Positions 49,801 through 59,788 of a stretch of DNA of 64,000 nucleotides are shown here, one piece after another. Positions within the stretch are counted from its first letter, which is position 1. Each line of letters opens with the position of its first letter. The notes beneath the pieces were generated by a model. It was not told the origin of the DNA, ran no database searches, and worked only from the letters and a program-made list of their open reading frames with translations. The position numbers were made by a program, and so were the translations under genes. The stretch covers positions 24,424-88,423 of IMG/VR virus record IMGVR_UViG_3300031760_004705; one strand, written 5' to 3'. This stretch comes from a virus. Taxonomy: Duplodnaviria; Caudoviricetes.

Positions 49801-50321
49801 ACAAGCATAATTTGTGTCAATGAATCATCAAGTTCTTTTACATAATCTACAGAATTATGAATTGCATTCATAAATTGACTAAAGAAACTTGAAACAAGTC
49901 CTCATCTAAATGTATTACTAAAAGTAGTAAATAATTTATCTATTTGAGAATTAGATCTTTGAATACCAGTATCTAATTGTCCTAATTGTCCAATTAAATT
50001 ATTAAATGCAATTTGACCTTCAGATCCTGCTTGAGTAAAAGCATCTTTTAATCCTTGCATCGTAACGCCAGATTCTTTTAACTCAGTTTTAAAAGTTGAT
50101 AAATCCAACACTCCAAGAGAAGGATTAAATGCTTTTGTTAAAGCATCTCCTAAACGTTGAATTTGTTCTCGAGCTTCTGAAAAACTTCCATCTAAAAGTT
50201 TTTCATTTCCCATTTTTTGTAAAGTTAATTCAACTTGTTGTAGTTCAGTTTTTAATTTTTGTAATCCAGAACTATCTAATTTAGTTGAAATATTATATTC
50301 AATAGTATTGGAATATTTCAA
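40860..50321 (-). CDS. Tail tape measure protein (3153 aa, TTG start) containing two tandem Hint domains
   Basis: Thirteen track ORFs share one frame, separated by TGA. N-terminal TMP core (VKELDDSLTQIMLVT...FAQQG...KLANAS...PEQIGNGLKTLYARF), long helical body, C-terminal YDTGGYTGQWG...KLAVLHQKELVLNATDT. Confidence 0.92.
44256..44675 (-). other. Hint domain 2 (140 aa), tandem paralog of Hint 1 within the TMP
   Basis: C1-FVAGTQV; RVTGIHRF; VYNFEV..NHNYYV; ILAHN followed by Lys. 98 of 140 residues identical to Hint 1 by hand alignment. Confidence 0.92.
44691..45110 (-). other. Hint domain 1 (140 aa; pretoxin-HINT/BIL-like mini-intein fold) within the TMP
   Basis: C1-FIAGTLV; block B RVTGVHRF; block F VYNFEV..NHNYYV; terminal ILAHN followed by Lys. 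Confidence 0.92.
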
Positions 50322-50422
50322 AGTATTTCACCTTCCTCTCGGAATGTCCTTATATCTCTATGATAGACTTTTAGTCTATAACAATATCTACTATTAAATG
50401 GAAAATTCTTTATTTTTCTAAT

Positions 50423-50457
50423 AAAAAAAGAGCCTTACGATTTCATTCGTAAGGCTC
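50423..50457 (-). terminator. Intrinsic terminator after CDS 50466..51002
   Basis: 11-bp stem GAGCCTTACGA-N6-TCGTAAGGCTC followed by T7 on the minus strand. Confidence 0.85.
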
Positions 50458-50465
50458 AAATAATA

Positions 50466-51002
50466 TTAAACATTAAATAAACTGTCTAATACTTTTTCAG
50501 AATCTACTGGATTTTCTACTCGCTGAGGTTGACGATCCATACCCCATTCTTTTGCAATTTTTAATGTCTCTTTAATTTCATCATTTTTAGTTAAATCATT
50601 CATTTGACCGGCCATATTCTGAAGAACTTCAGAACTGAAAATCTCAGCTTTATTTAATACCCCTCCAATAGAGAGAAGATATTTTTCATAATCTGCAAAA
50701 TACTGAGCGGCAACCTTGCCAATGTAATCGACGGTGGCTGTATGATTTTTAACCAAATTCTGAATATACCCCATTTCTAAGAAATGATCAAATGCAGTAA
50801 GAGGGTTCTCCGCAACCATAGGACCATCAATATCATCTAAATCTTCAATTAGTAAAAGAACTTCGTGACAAACTAATGCACGTTCAAATACAAATTGATT
50901 TAAAAATCCATTGTCTTCTGCTTCCTCAAGACAAGAATTAATCATATCATAGATCTCTTGGGAAGTAAGAGGACAATTTAATACTTCTTCAATATTAATC
51001 AT
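50466..51002 (-). CDS. Acidic hypothetical protein (178 aa) in its own promoter-terminator unit
   Basis: ORF track 50466..51008; ATG at 51002 fits the AGGAG spacing. No TGA. Confidence 0.75.
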   Translation of the reverse strand: MINIEEVLNCPLTSQEIYDMINSCLEEAEDNGFLNQFVFERALVCHEVLLLIEDLDDIDGPMVAENPLTAFDHFLEMGYIQNLVKNHTATVDYIGKVAAQYFADYEKYLLSIGGVLNKAEIFSSEVLQNMAGQMNDLTKNDEIKETLKIAKEWGMDRQPQRVENPVDSEKVLDSLFNV

Positions 51003-51039
51003 ATTCAACTCCTTTTATCTCATATATTTTTACTATTAT

Positions 51040-51068
51040 AGTATAACATAATTTTTATTTTTTGTCAA
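51040..51068 (-). promoter_or_regulatory. Sigma70/sigmaA-type promoter
   Basis: Minus strand reads TTGACA-17 nt-TATACT with a TG extended -10 element, 38 nt upstream of the ATG at 51002. Confidence 0.8.
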
Positions 51069-51080
51069 GATTATTTGTTT

Positions 51081-52502
51081 TTAAAAGAAATCTTTAAAAT
51101 TTAACGAAATAGAAACTTTTGTATCACATATAGCTGTATATACTTTATTATATGCACTAGAAGATCGTTGTTTAGAACTTTCTCAGTCAGGATAATAAGG
51201 CGGTGATACAAAAGATCGTGCATTAATTTCTCCATAATTTCGCATACGAGATCCTTTATCGTTAGAATTTTCTCTAGCACTAATTCAACTATTTTTTATT
51301 CCCATACTATTAAATTCTGTTCCTGAATTATAAGCTGATATTAATTTCGTAAAGATCTCATCTACAGAAATTATTTGAACATCTCCCTCATATCTATTTC
51401 TTATGACATAATAATCTAATCCGCGTCCTAATTCTGAAGCTCCTTTTGCAGCAATTGTATCTGCTGCACATAAAACTTGCATTTGTCTTTTAATATTAGC
51501 TCACACATTATCAATTTGTCAAGCGTTAACTCTTGTAGTAACATCTCTAAAACGAGAGAAGGATACAAAAGCTTGTTGTAAATGCGTATCAGCTAAACCT
51601 CCTGCAGTATTAACTAAAAATTTTCAATCAAAATATCCACCAATATTTAATTGTTTATAAGTTTTTTCAGAAGTAATTCCAATAGATGAAATATCTTTAT
51701 AATTTTTTGCTTGAAAAGAAGTTATATCTATAGTGCCTGTCGCGCTATTTCTACTAATCATTACGTTATCGGCTTTGCTATCTGATCCAAGTGAAGCAAA
51801 AGTTTGTTCTATTTTTTGTCTTGCAGCTTCCATTTGATGATCTGGCAATGATTTCGCTGTGACATTATTACTTGATACATGACCAACAGCCATCATAACT
51901 GAAGTAGCCTTATCTAAGACTTGTCCTGTTGCCGATAATCAAGCTATTGGTAGAGCGATTTCAAAGAGAGATCCTGATAAACTGTTTAATGCAACAGTAC
52001 CTGCCGCAGTAATATCATCATTATCTTTGTCACCTGCAGATCCATTATTTATTGAATTCATCAAAGCTTCAATTTTTTTCGCATAAGAAACAGCTTTTTC
52101 TATTGACCCTGCTGCTAATCCTCCTAAAGCTGCTCCTTGTACTAAAATAATATCTATATCTGCAAGTAGTCTATTCATTTCATTTTTAGCTATTTCTAAA
52201 TCATGAAGTTCATTTAATGCTTCTTCCAACATTTTTTGAGCTGCATCATAATCATCTAAGACTTGCATAATAGGTGTATTATTCAATGCCATCTTAAAAT
52301 CTTCTGGTTTATAACCATATAATTTTTTAATATCTTGCTCAAAACCAGCTTTTTGACTTCGAAGAGCTCCTCTAGTCCTTGTTAATCGATCTGCACCTAC
52401 CCGTTTAATATCTGCTTTGGCTGAATTTATAATACTATAAGGATTAATTTTTTCAACATCTAAATAATTTCCATAAAAAAGATATAAATATTTTTCCATC
52501 AT
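51081..52502 (-). CDS. Hypothetical tail-module protein (473 aa)
   Basis: ORFs 51939..52502, 51624..51896 and 51285..51482 share one frame via TGA; ends TAA at 51081. Lies between the tail tube and the TMP. Confidence 0.7.
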
Positions 52503-52528
52503 AATTTTTACCCCCTAGAATCTCTAAT

Positions 52529-52559
52529 AAAAAAGAGGGGTACCCGCAAGGGTACCCCT
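52529..52559 (-). terminator. Intrinsic terminator after the tail tube gene
   Basis: Stem AGGGGTACCC-gcaa-GGGTACCCCT followed by CTTTTTT on the minus strand. Confidence 0.85.
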
Positions 52560-52596
52560 AAATTGGAGACTATAAGGGTCTCCCGCATTAATTAAA

Positions 52597-53781
52597 TTAA
52601 GGATTAGATACTGGAAGCTGATCAAAGATAGACTTATCATATAAGCTATCAAAATACTTATCATGATCAGCAGTACGATCTGTTAAGCTATCAGCACCAG
52701 AACCATCACCGTGGCCAACAACCTGCTTATTAGCATAGTTGTGCTTAGCTTCAGAAGGATCAATAATTTGAAGAGCAGCCATTACTTTCTTACGCTTATT
52801 AAATTTAGTATAAGCGGGGAAAGCATCAATGGTAAAGGTGAAGGTTGAAGGATCACCAGAATTAGCCATTGTAAAGGTGAAGTTAGACTGAATCTTGCCA
52901 CGAGGAATAATAAACTGAGCAGGTAGATCCTGGCCAGTGGCTTCCTCACGGAAGAGAGTGTCAGCTTCAATGTAATAATAACCAGCGAAATTCTCAGCAT
53001 CAATTTGAATTTCCTGAGCACCAGCACCGTGAACAGTATAGCAATCAATACGAACGGTATCACCGGCTTTAATTCCGCCAGCTGTGCTTGTAGCAGGATC
53101 TAACTCTTGAGTACTCTCATGATCATCAGTATGAGCACTTTCATCATAATCATTTAATGGAGAAGTAAGCTTGAAATAAAGATCTGCATTCGGAGCTACT
53201 TTAATAACACCACGAGTGCTAATTTGATTAGTAGTAAGACCATTTTGTAATTTATTATCTGTAAAGATTTCTGCTTGAGAAACCGCAGATAAGAAATATT
53301 TAGGAGCACCAGCACTATCAAGAGTAGTTGCATAGATAGGAGCTTCTTTAGAGACAACTAAAGTTGCACCGTCACGAATATCTTGTGGAAGACGTGCGTA
53401 ATAATTACCAGCACCAGAGCCTTCAATAACAAGGTCGTAAATCTGATGTGTGTAAATCTTAGGATCAGTATCGCTATCAGCGTCAGCAGCGCCAACACCT
53501 TTAACAATACCAGCACCAGAAAGCATAGCAAAGCTTACAGGAGAAATAAGAGCATCTTCGACGGTGAATGTAAGAGTTTTCTCTCCGTCCCAACCAATTA
53601 GACGAGGATTACCCTTTCCGCCCTGTGCATAAACTGTAGTAGCAGCACCTTCAAGAGTACTGGTCTTAGCTGTATCAAGATAAAGAACAGGCTGACCAGC
53701 ATCAAAGTGCTGATTACCAATATCTACAGAAGTTAAAGGACGAAAGACAACGTCGCAGATCTCGCGTACACCCATGCGCAT
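52597..53781 (-). CDS. Major tail (tube) protein (394 aa)
   Basis: GVREICDVVF...LDTAKTSTLEG..TVYAQGGKGNPRLIGWDGEKTLTFTVEDAL...GKIQSNFTFTMANSGDPSTFTF. Capsid-like codon usage. Position upstream of the TMP. Confidence 0.78.
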   Translation of the reverse strand: MRMGVREICDVVFRPLTSVDIGNQHFDAGQPVLYLDTAKTSTLEGAATTVYAQGGKGNPRLIGWDGEKTLTFTVEDALISPVSFAMLSGAGIVKGVGAADADSDTDPKIYTHQIYDLVIEGSGAGNYYARLPQDIRDGATLVVSKEAPIYATTLDSAGAPKYFLSAVSQAEIFTDNKLQNGLTTNQISTRGVIKVAPNADLYFKLTSPLNDYDESAHTDDHESTQELDPATSTAGGIKAGDTVRIDCYTVHGAGAQEIQIDAENFAGYYYIEADTLFREEATGQDLPAQFIIPRGKIQSNFTFTMANSGDPSTFTFTIDAFPAYTKFNKRKKVMAALQIIDPSEAKHNYANKQVVGHGDGSGADSLTDRTADHDKYFDSLYDKSIFDQLPVSNP

Positions 53782-53923
53782 AAGCGGACCTCCTTTGTCT
53801 TTAAAAACGAACAGAAAAAATTGTATACAGTCTTTTCCTTTTTTGATATAGCTAAGGGTTCGCGCTCCCTGCTAATATCTCTTGAAAAATATATTTAACA
53901 CCGTCAAGGCACAGTGATAAATA

Positions 53924-54697
53924 TTAATATAAATTACGTTGCCAATCTAGTGGAGCTTCCATTTTAGAAGTATCCATCATTGGCATAGAAGATACCCGCA
54001 TATAAAAATCAGATTGTTCTTTACTAAAAAATCGTCTATAAGCATCATATAATTGAAATGGAGTATAATTAAAAAATATTCCTATATCCATTCGCATTCC
54101 AATAGACAAAGTAGAACAATAATCTGCATATATAGAATGATCACCTTCTACTGCGGCTTTCTGTGCATGAATTTTTTCACGACCTTTTTTAATTTTTTCC
54201 GCAATCTTAGAAGCCATGTCATTTGCAGGATTATAATCAGGTTCTCTTTCATTATCCCCTTGTGGAATAAATGCATCATTTAATGTAGCTTGAAGATTTT
54301 CAAAATTAAAAGGATGAATACGTCCTACTATATGTTCAGTTTCTTCATCTGAAATTAAAAAATCTATAGTATTTTCTGTAAACTTTACTTTATATTCAGG
54401 AAAAATTAAAGTAAACAAATCTAATACCATTCTTTTAATTGTTGGGTCTTCTTCTACCATGATCAATAGAAGTTGAAAATCTGATATAATATTTAATTCA
54501 GAATTGCCCTGTTTGATTTGATCTGCAAATTGTTTCATACTAACTAACATTTGAACAGCTACTAAAAAATCATCTTCTCCAAACAAAACAATATCTTTAA
54601 TTTTAGGCTGAGTAACAAAAATATTCGCATCTTTAATAGGCAAAGGTTGCCCTGATAAAATTAAACCCAGCTCTTTCTTATCTCCTTTTATCGCCAT
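53924..54697 (-). CDS. Putative tail assembly chaperone/structural protein (257 aa)
   Basis: ORF track. Function inferred from position only. Confidence 0.55.
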   Translation of the reverse strand: MAIKGDKKELGLILSGQPLPIKDANIFVTQPKIKDIVLFGEDDFLVAVQMLVSMKQFADQIKQGNSELNIISDFQLLLIMVEEDPTIKRMVLDLFTLIFPEYKVKFTENTIDFLISDEETEHIVGRIHPFNFENLQATLNDAFIPQGDNEREPDYNPANDMASKIAEKIKKGREKIHAQKAAVEGDHSIYADYCSTLSIGMRMDIGIFFNYTPFQLYDAYRRFFSKEQSDFYMRVSSMPMMDTSKMEAPLDWQRNLY

Positions 54698-54708
54698 GTT
54701 TTATCACC

Positions 54709-55332
54709 TTACCAAGCACCGCCACCAAGATCTTGCGGAGCAGGTAATTCAGGATCAACGGTAGTGCTATCATCACCACGACCATGAGTCGCAATATAAC
54801 GAAGAACAATACCACCAAGATATTCGTTCATTACGATTTCACTAGCACCCATAAATTGAAGAGTTCCAATACCAGAAAGTTTTGTTTCATTTAACATACC
54901 ATCAATGTATCCCGCAATCTGATATGGACGTAATTTATAATCATCTAATTCCCAATAGTCAAGATGACAAATAATAGAAAATGTAATTGTACAATCTCTA
55001 TAGTGCGGATTTCCAGTTGGAATAAAGTCATCAAACTCTAAAAGAATATACGCTTTCACTTCTTCATGTTCTCCAAATTCTAATTTAGGAACATTTTTAA
55101 GATACTGTTTATCTTTTAAATCTTGAAGATTCATATTATCAATAATTTCTTGATACTGAATTTGTTCTTCATCAAGACAATCCGCAGTATTAATTACTAA
55201 AAGTTTCTTCAATTTATCACTATAAGGGCGACTCTCAACAAAGAGTCGCCGCCAAATAGTTTCTTGATCGGTTTCACAGGAAAGGAAAGTTGATTTAAAA
55301 TTTTTAGCCAACAAGGCCGAGGCTTTTCTCAT
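54709..55332 (-). CDS. Putative tail terminator/neck protein (207 aa)
   Basis: Start MRKASALL. Beta-rich C-terminal half (ITFSIICHLDYW...RPYQIAGYID...GIGTLQF). Position in the head-tail module. Confidence 0.55.
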   Translation of the reverse strand: MRKASALLAKNFKSTFLSCETDQETIWRRLFVESRPYSDKLKKLLVINTADCLDEEQIQYQEIIDNMNLQDLKDKQYLKNVPKLEFGEHEEVKAYILLEFDDFIPTGNPHYRDCTITFSIICHLDYWELDDYKLRPYQIAGYIDGMLNETKLSGIGTLQFMGASEIVMNEYLGGIVLRYIATHGRGDDSTTVDPELPAPQDLGGGAW

Positions 55333-56485
55333 TTTTATCTCCTGTAAATGATCCAATAGCAACAGGAAAGACTACAGTTTCAGTTTCACCATCTTGTTCA
55401 AACACACAAGTTAAATTAAATTTACCCTTGCGACCAGTAATAATTTCAATTCTACATTGTTTACCATCTTGTTCAAGAATAGTTGCAACTGCCGCATTAT
55501 CAATTGAAAATACAACATCTTTACCTTTTGCTCTATATGTATAGAATCCGTATGGTGCAACTTTATCAGGACCAACAATATATTCTCTGCGTCAGTCAAC
55601 TTCAACATTTAAAGTATATTCACCATAGTTAACAGCATAAGAACCAATGGCACCGTCATGTATTCTAACTTTACACATATTGCCATTATTCATTACTTCA
55701 ACTATCTCTACTCTTGGATTACCAGTAACAGTCCATTCATATTTATTCTTTAAATATTCTTTTGGAATATAATAACCAACTGTAGTATCTTGCGGAACGG
55801 TTGTTTCACCAACAATTACATCAGTATCAGCTGCAGCCGCACCACGACGAATTTCTGGTAATTCAGCAATAGGATTATCATAATACTCTTGCACTTCGAT
55901 TTCAAGAATCCCAGGAACAGAAATACTATCTGTTACTTGAACTTCTCATATATGACCATCAACTTTAATATGAGTAAAACGTTCAAAAAATGCACGAGTT
56001 TGTGGATTTAGTTTAATATAAATTGTACCTGATAGATTTAACTCATTAATATTAATCCCACGCTTAATAAACCAACGAAGGTCTGTTTCAGTTGGTCCTT
56101 GAAAATAAATTCAATATTCTTCATCATCAATTGTCATTGTATAACGACAACGAATAATTGAACTTCTTAAATAAGCAGTTTCAGTTAATCGTGGAAGGTA
56201 TATCATCCAATGAGTTCCATCATCAAGACATTCAAATACATCTCCTGGTTCAAGTCCCGCATCATATTCAACAGAAATAATTTTCTTATCATAATCAGGT
56301 TTTAAACCAGCGGTATCATCATTAATTAAACAAGGTCAAGCCGCATGTTTAGGTGTTTTTATCATTCGTGATTGATAATCATCTTTTAATGCAGCTCGTA
56401 GTCCCCGCAATTTTTGTAAGTTAATGCGGCCAAGCTTATCTCCGCCATTATACTGTAGACGTGCGCTAAGAGTTTTCAGAGACAT
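55304..56485 (-). CDS. Putative head-closure protein with C-terminal Ig-like domains (393 aa)
   Basis: Table-4 ORF MSLKTLSARLQYNGG...; in frame with 55592..55894. C-terminal IVG..V..Y.Y.WTV repeats look Ig-like. Confidence 0.6.
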
Positions 56486-56723
56486 TATTACCTTCTTTCT
56501 TACTGCTCACGTCTGTAGCCGTTTTTTGAGAATAACCTAATAATGAACCAATTAATAATCCAGTTGCATTAATTGTTATTACTCAAGGCTCTAAAGATAC
56601 GTGTCATGCCGGCCCTACGACACCTAAGAATGTAGCTACCGCAGGACAAGCGATTAAACCAACCCATTTAAGATGTTCATAAACCTTAAACGGGATTATA
56701 TATTCCTTAGTCTTATCCTCCAT
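56466..56723 (-). CDS. Second holin (85 aa, Dp-1-type, 2 TGA), absent from the standard-code track
   Basis: YEHLKWVGLIACPAVATFLGVVGPAWHVSLEPWVITINATGLLIGSLLGYS. Two TM helices and the Y..LKW...I..PA..T motif of small Gram-positive phage holins. AAGGAGGT RBS. Confidence 0.72.
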
Positions 56724-56744
56724 CTTAGCCACCTCCTTATTTAA

Positions 56745-57053
56745 TTAGAAACACTCAGCAACTTTATCTAATAGACCACAACACTCAAAAATTGTACGGC
56801 GATAAAGCATAAAATTTTCATCTCCATCAATTTCTTTTAATCCTTGTAATTTACAAATTAAAGTCACTAACGGTTCTAAAGTGGAAAAGAGCCCTTGCAT
56901 ACCCAAGAGCTCAAGAATAATAGTTTCAAGAGGTTTTTTACATTCTTGTCCTTCTTCTTGCATAGGAAGTAATTTAAAAACTTGTGATTGTAAACGTTTT
57001 AAATTATTGCGAACAGCTGTATTATCTACCTCAATATCATAAACACTAATCAT
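56745..57053 (-). CDS. Hypothetical protein (102 aa)
   Basis: Part of ORF 56745..57101. Start MISVYD overlaps the upstream stop. Confidence 0.65.
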   Translation of the reverse strand: MISVYDIEVDNTAVRNNLKRLQSQVFKLLPMQEEGQECKKPLETIILELLGMQGLFSTLEPLVTLICKLQGLKEIDGDENFMLYRRTIFECCGLLDKVAECF

Positions 57054-57543
57054 AATAATGCTTATCAGATATGTCCATGACTCTTGCAAATGTTGAGCCA
57101 TATCCTCCTGTTTTTAATCTCTTGCGGCGATTATAAAGTCGCTGTAAGTGAAAACCTTTAGTTTCATATTCTTTTTTTAAAGTAACTAATTGTTTTATAT
57201 GGCTTGCTTGTGAAGTAAATTTAAAGTCACTTCCAGAATATTTCTGTTTTACTAAATCAATATTAGCAAGCTGGTATCCAAGTCACTCACTAATCATATA
57301 TTGGCGAATTATCATCATTTCTTCTTGAGTTAATTTATCACCAAATTCTTTATTTTTTAAATCAAGATCAAATATATTTTTTCTAGGAAATTCAAAGTGC
57401 GGCAAGCCAGCTAAAAGAATTTCTTCTAATAAAGCATCCGTATCTTCTTTTGTCATTTCCATAAACATATCATCTGTAATTCCCGCAAGGAAGAAATCAT
57501 ACATTTCTTCAAAAGAAGTAACGGAAGAAGTGCTATCTGACAT
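57046..57543 (-). CDS. Putative head-tail adaptor (165 aa)
   Basis: ORF 57283..57543 read through TGA (ISE-W-LGYQL) to TAG at 57046. Position after the capsid genes. Confidence 0.6.
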
Positions 57544-57563
57544 TTCGCCCTCCTTCCTTAAAA

Positions 57564-58124
57564 CTAATTTTGAATACGACGTCCAGTTTTTGGAGCTTCT
57601 TCTGTCTTAGAAAGACGACGAGCACGAGTAGGAGTACGCTCAACAACTTGATCAGTTGCTTCTGCAAACTCAATCATTTTATCTATATTAACTCCAGTCA
57701 TACGAGAAATAACCTTACGACGATTGGAGTCCGGAATTTTTCATTTAACTGCGCAATCTACTAAAAGTTCACGAATTCCTTCTGGACCAAAATCAAGAGC
57801 ATCTTCAAGAGCTTCAATTGGAGTATTTAAATCTTCAAGAACACGATGAATATCTTCAATCTTCCAATCATATTCTACTTGATCTTCGGGAATGTTAAAT
57901 TCTTTGCGCATATCATTACTAAGAACACAAAGATATTGATGTAAAAGAACTTCGCCACCCGTGGAATAATTGAGTGCCCGCAATTCACTTGCTGGTACTT
58001 TTTTCTCTTGGAAAGGCTCAAATACAACACGACGATTAAGTTCTGGAATAACATAAACAACTTTGTGATCTACCATATTACGTACAGGGATAAGAGTAGT
58101 ATCATTAATAATAGGCATATTCAA
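57564..58124 (-). CDS. Hypothetical protein downstream of the capsid gene (186 aa)
   Basis: ORF 57741..58124 read through TGA to TAG at 57564. Confidence 0.7.
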
Positions 58125-58142
58125 TTTTCTCCTTTTTACTCT

Positions 58143-58176
58143 AAAATAAAAAGGGAGAGGGAAAAACCCTCTCCCT
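58143..58176 (-). terminator. Intrinsic terminator after the major capsid gene
   Basis: Stem AGGGAGAGGG-aaaaa-CCCTCTCCCT followed by TTTTATTTT on the minus strand. Confidence 0.85.
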
Positions 58177-58203
58177 CCTTTATTGTTTTTTATCTTCTAA
58201 AGA

Positions 58204-59259
58204 TTATTCATCAGGAAGATTATGTAAACGGGTCTCTTTAACGAGATCAGTATTACGATAACTGAAGATAAAGTTAGTGAAGAATGTAGCAACGCCAAAC
58301 TTCTTATAGGTCTGGAAATCGGTGCTCCAGTCATCATTATCCTCGACGGTACGAACAGCGGTAGGACCTTCGAAGACGATCTTAACAGGCTTGTTGTCCT
58401 GTCCAACAGGCATAATATAAGCCTGTGCAGGGTCAATTACCTTCTCCATGTTGGTTTCATCAACAACAGACTGAGGAAGAATAATTACATTGTGACCCTT
58501 GTAGTTGCCAAGCCAACCATCAGCCCAGAGACGATTCTTCATATCATCAGAAACCCAATTCTGCTGTGGAAGCATCTTAGCAGCAAATTCAAATGTGCAG
58601 TAAATAGAAGCACGGCCATAAGTATCAGCGATAGCTAAAAGCTCATCCATTGTAGCCTCATCAAAGCCGGCAACCTCAGCACGCTGATAGCGTGGGAGAC
58701 CTGCGACAACAGCTTCAAGAGCCTTAGCAATCTCACGATAAATGAACTCGTCCATACCTTCCATTACAAGACCAGTAAGCTCAGAGAACTGGATGCGACC
58801 ATCAAGCATCTCTTCAAAGCCGATACGAGCGGCTCCGCCGATAGCAGCGGTTCCGACCTCGAGCTGCTTACCATCGAGCATGAAGACTTCGTAACGACCA
58901 GCTAAACCAACGCGGGTGACGAAAGTCTTAGCACGCTTACGAGCAGCTTCAGTAACGCGCATACGGAAGACAGCCTTGTCACCGTTAGCTACATTACGAA
59001 CCTCTGCGAACTGAGCATACTGCTGCTCAACACGAGCAGGAAGAACCTCATCAATAGTCTGTTCAATTAGACGGAAGATAAGGTTTTTATTTTCACGGTA
59101 ATCCGCATAGCTACCAGCTAATTTCTGGAACTCAGACTGAAGAGCAGAATTAACCTGGTCAAGAGTGTAAGACTCATTGCCGAAAGAATAAGCGGTAGGA
59201 GCGGTAGGATCAGCATTGACTGCAATGCGAGCTAACTCAAGTAGATCATTATATTCCAT
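58204..59259 (-). CDS. Major capsid protein (351 aa)
   Basis: Size, position after the protease and decoration genes, highly expressed codon style, own terminator. All 4 Trp are TGG. Confidence 0.85.
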   Translation of the reverse strand: MEYNDLLELARIAVNADPTAPTAYSFGNESYTLDQVNSALQSEFQKLAGSYADYRENKNLIFRLIEQTIDEVLPARVEQQYAQFAEVRNVANGDKAVFRMRVTEAARKRAKTFVTRVGLAGRYEVFMLDGKQLEVGTAAIGGAARIGFEEMLDGRIQFSELTGLVMEGMDEFIYREIAKALEAVVAGLPRYQRAEVAGFDEATMDELLAIADTYGRASIYCTFEFAAKMLPQQNWVSDDMKNRLWADGWLGNYKGHNVIILPQSVVDETNMEKVIDPAQAYIMPVGQDNKPVKIVFEGPTAVRTVEDNDDWSTDFQTYKKFGVATFFTNFIFSYRNTDLVKETRLHNLPDE

Positions 59260-59276
59260 CTTATTCCTCCTTTCAA

Positions 59277-59771
59277 TTAAGCCTTAATGCACTGTAACTT
59301 AACTGCGGGCTGACCATCAGGAAGAGTGTACTCTTTAACAACACGGAATACAACATCACCATCAGAACCAGCTGCGAGGAAACCATCGTTACCAGGGGTA
59401 ACGTCGTCTCCAACAGAAAGCTCAGTATCATCTGCGAATGTATTAGTTGTGAAAATATCACCAGCTACGACACCAAAGACGCGAGGATAAATCTTGCCGT
59501 CATAGGCATCCTCGACCTTTTGTGCCCAATGCTTGTGCATCTGATAGCGCTCATCATAGAGCTTTTCCTCGTTATAAACGAGCATCCAAGCGCCGTCGCC
59601 TGTAAAGTTAACTTCGCCAGCAGCGTAGTCATACTTTACAAACATGCCGTTTTCAAGGATTTTAATATCCTCTGCGGCAGGAAGCTGCGCATAGACGCGA
59701 CCATCACGAGGAGCAGAGAGATGATTTGGCTCTACTTGGCCATAACCATCACGCTTAATTGTAATAGCCAT
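59277..59771 (-). CDS. Capsid decoration/cement protein (164 aa)
   Basis: Between the scaffold and MCP genes, same codon style. Beta-rich. Confidence 0.65.
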   Translation of the reverse strand: MAITIKRDGYGQVEPNHLSAPRDGRVYAQLPAAEDIKILENGMFVKYDYAAGEVNFTGDGAWMLVYNEEKLYDERYQMHKHWAQKVEDAYDGKIYPRVFGVVAGDIFTTNTFADDTELSVGDDVTPGNDGFLAAGSDGDVVFRVVKEYTLPDGQPAVKLQCIKA

Positions 59772-59788
59772 ATTACAACCTCCTTCAA

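Noticed and set aside
50466-54697. Programmed -1 frameshift tail chaperone pair (lambda G/GT type)
   Set aside because: I found no overlapping ORF pair with a convincing slippery site upstream of the TMP.
51081-55332. Contractile tail sheath gene
   Set aside because: No ORF with recognisable sheath motifs. 51081..52502 is of similar size, but I cannot support that call.
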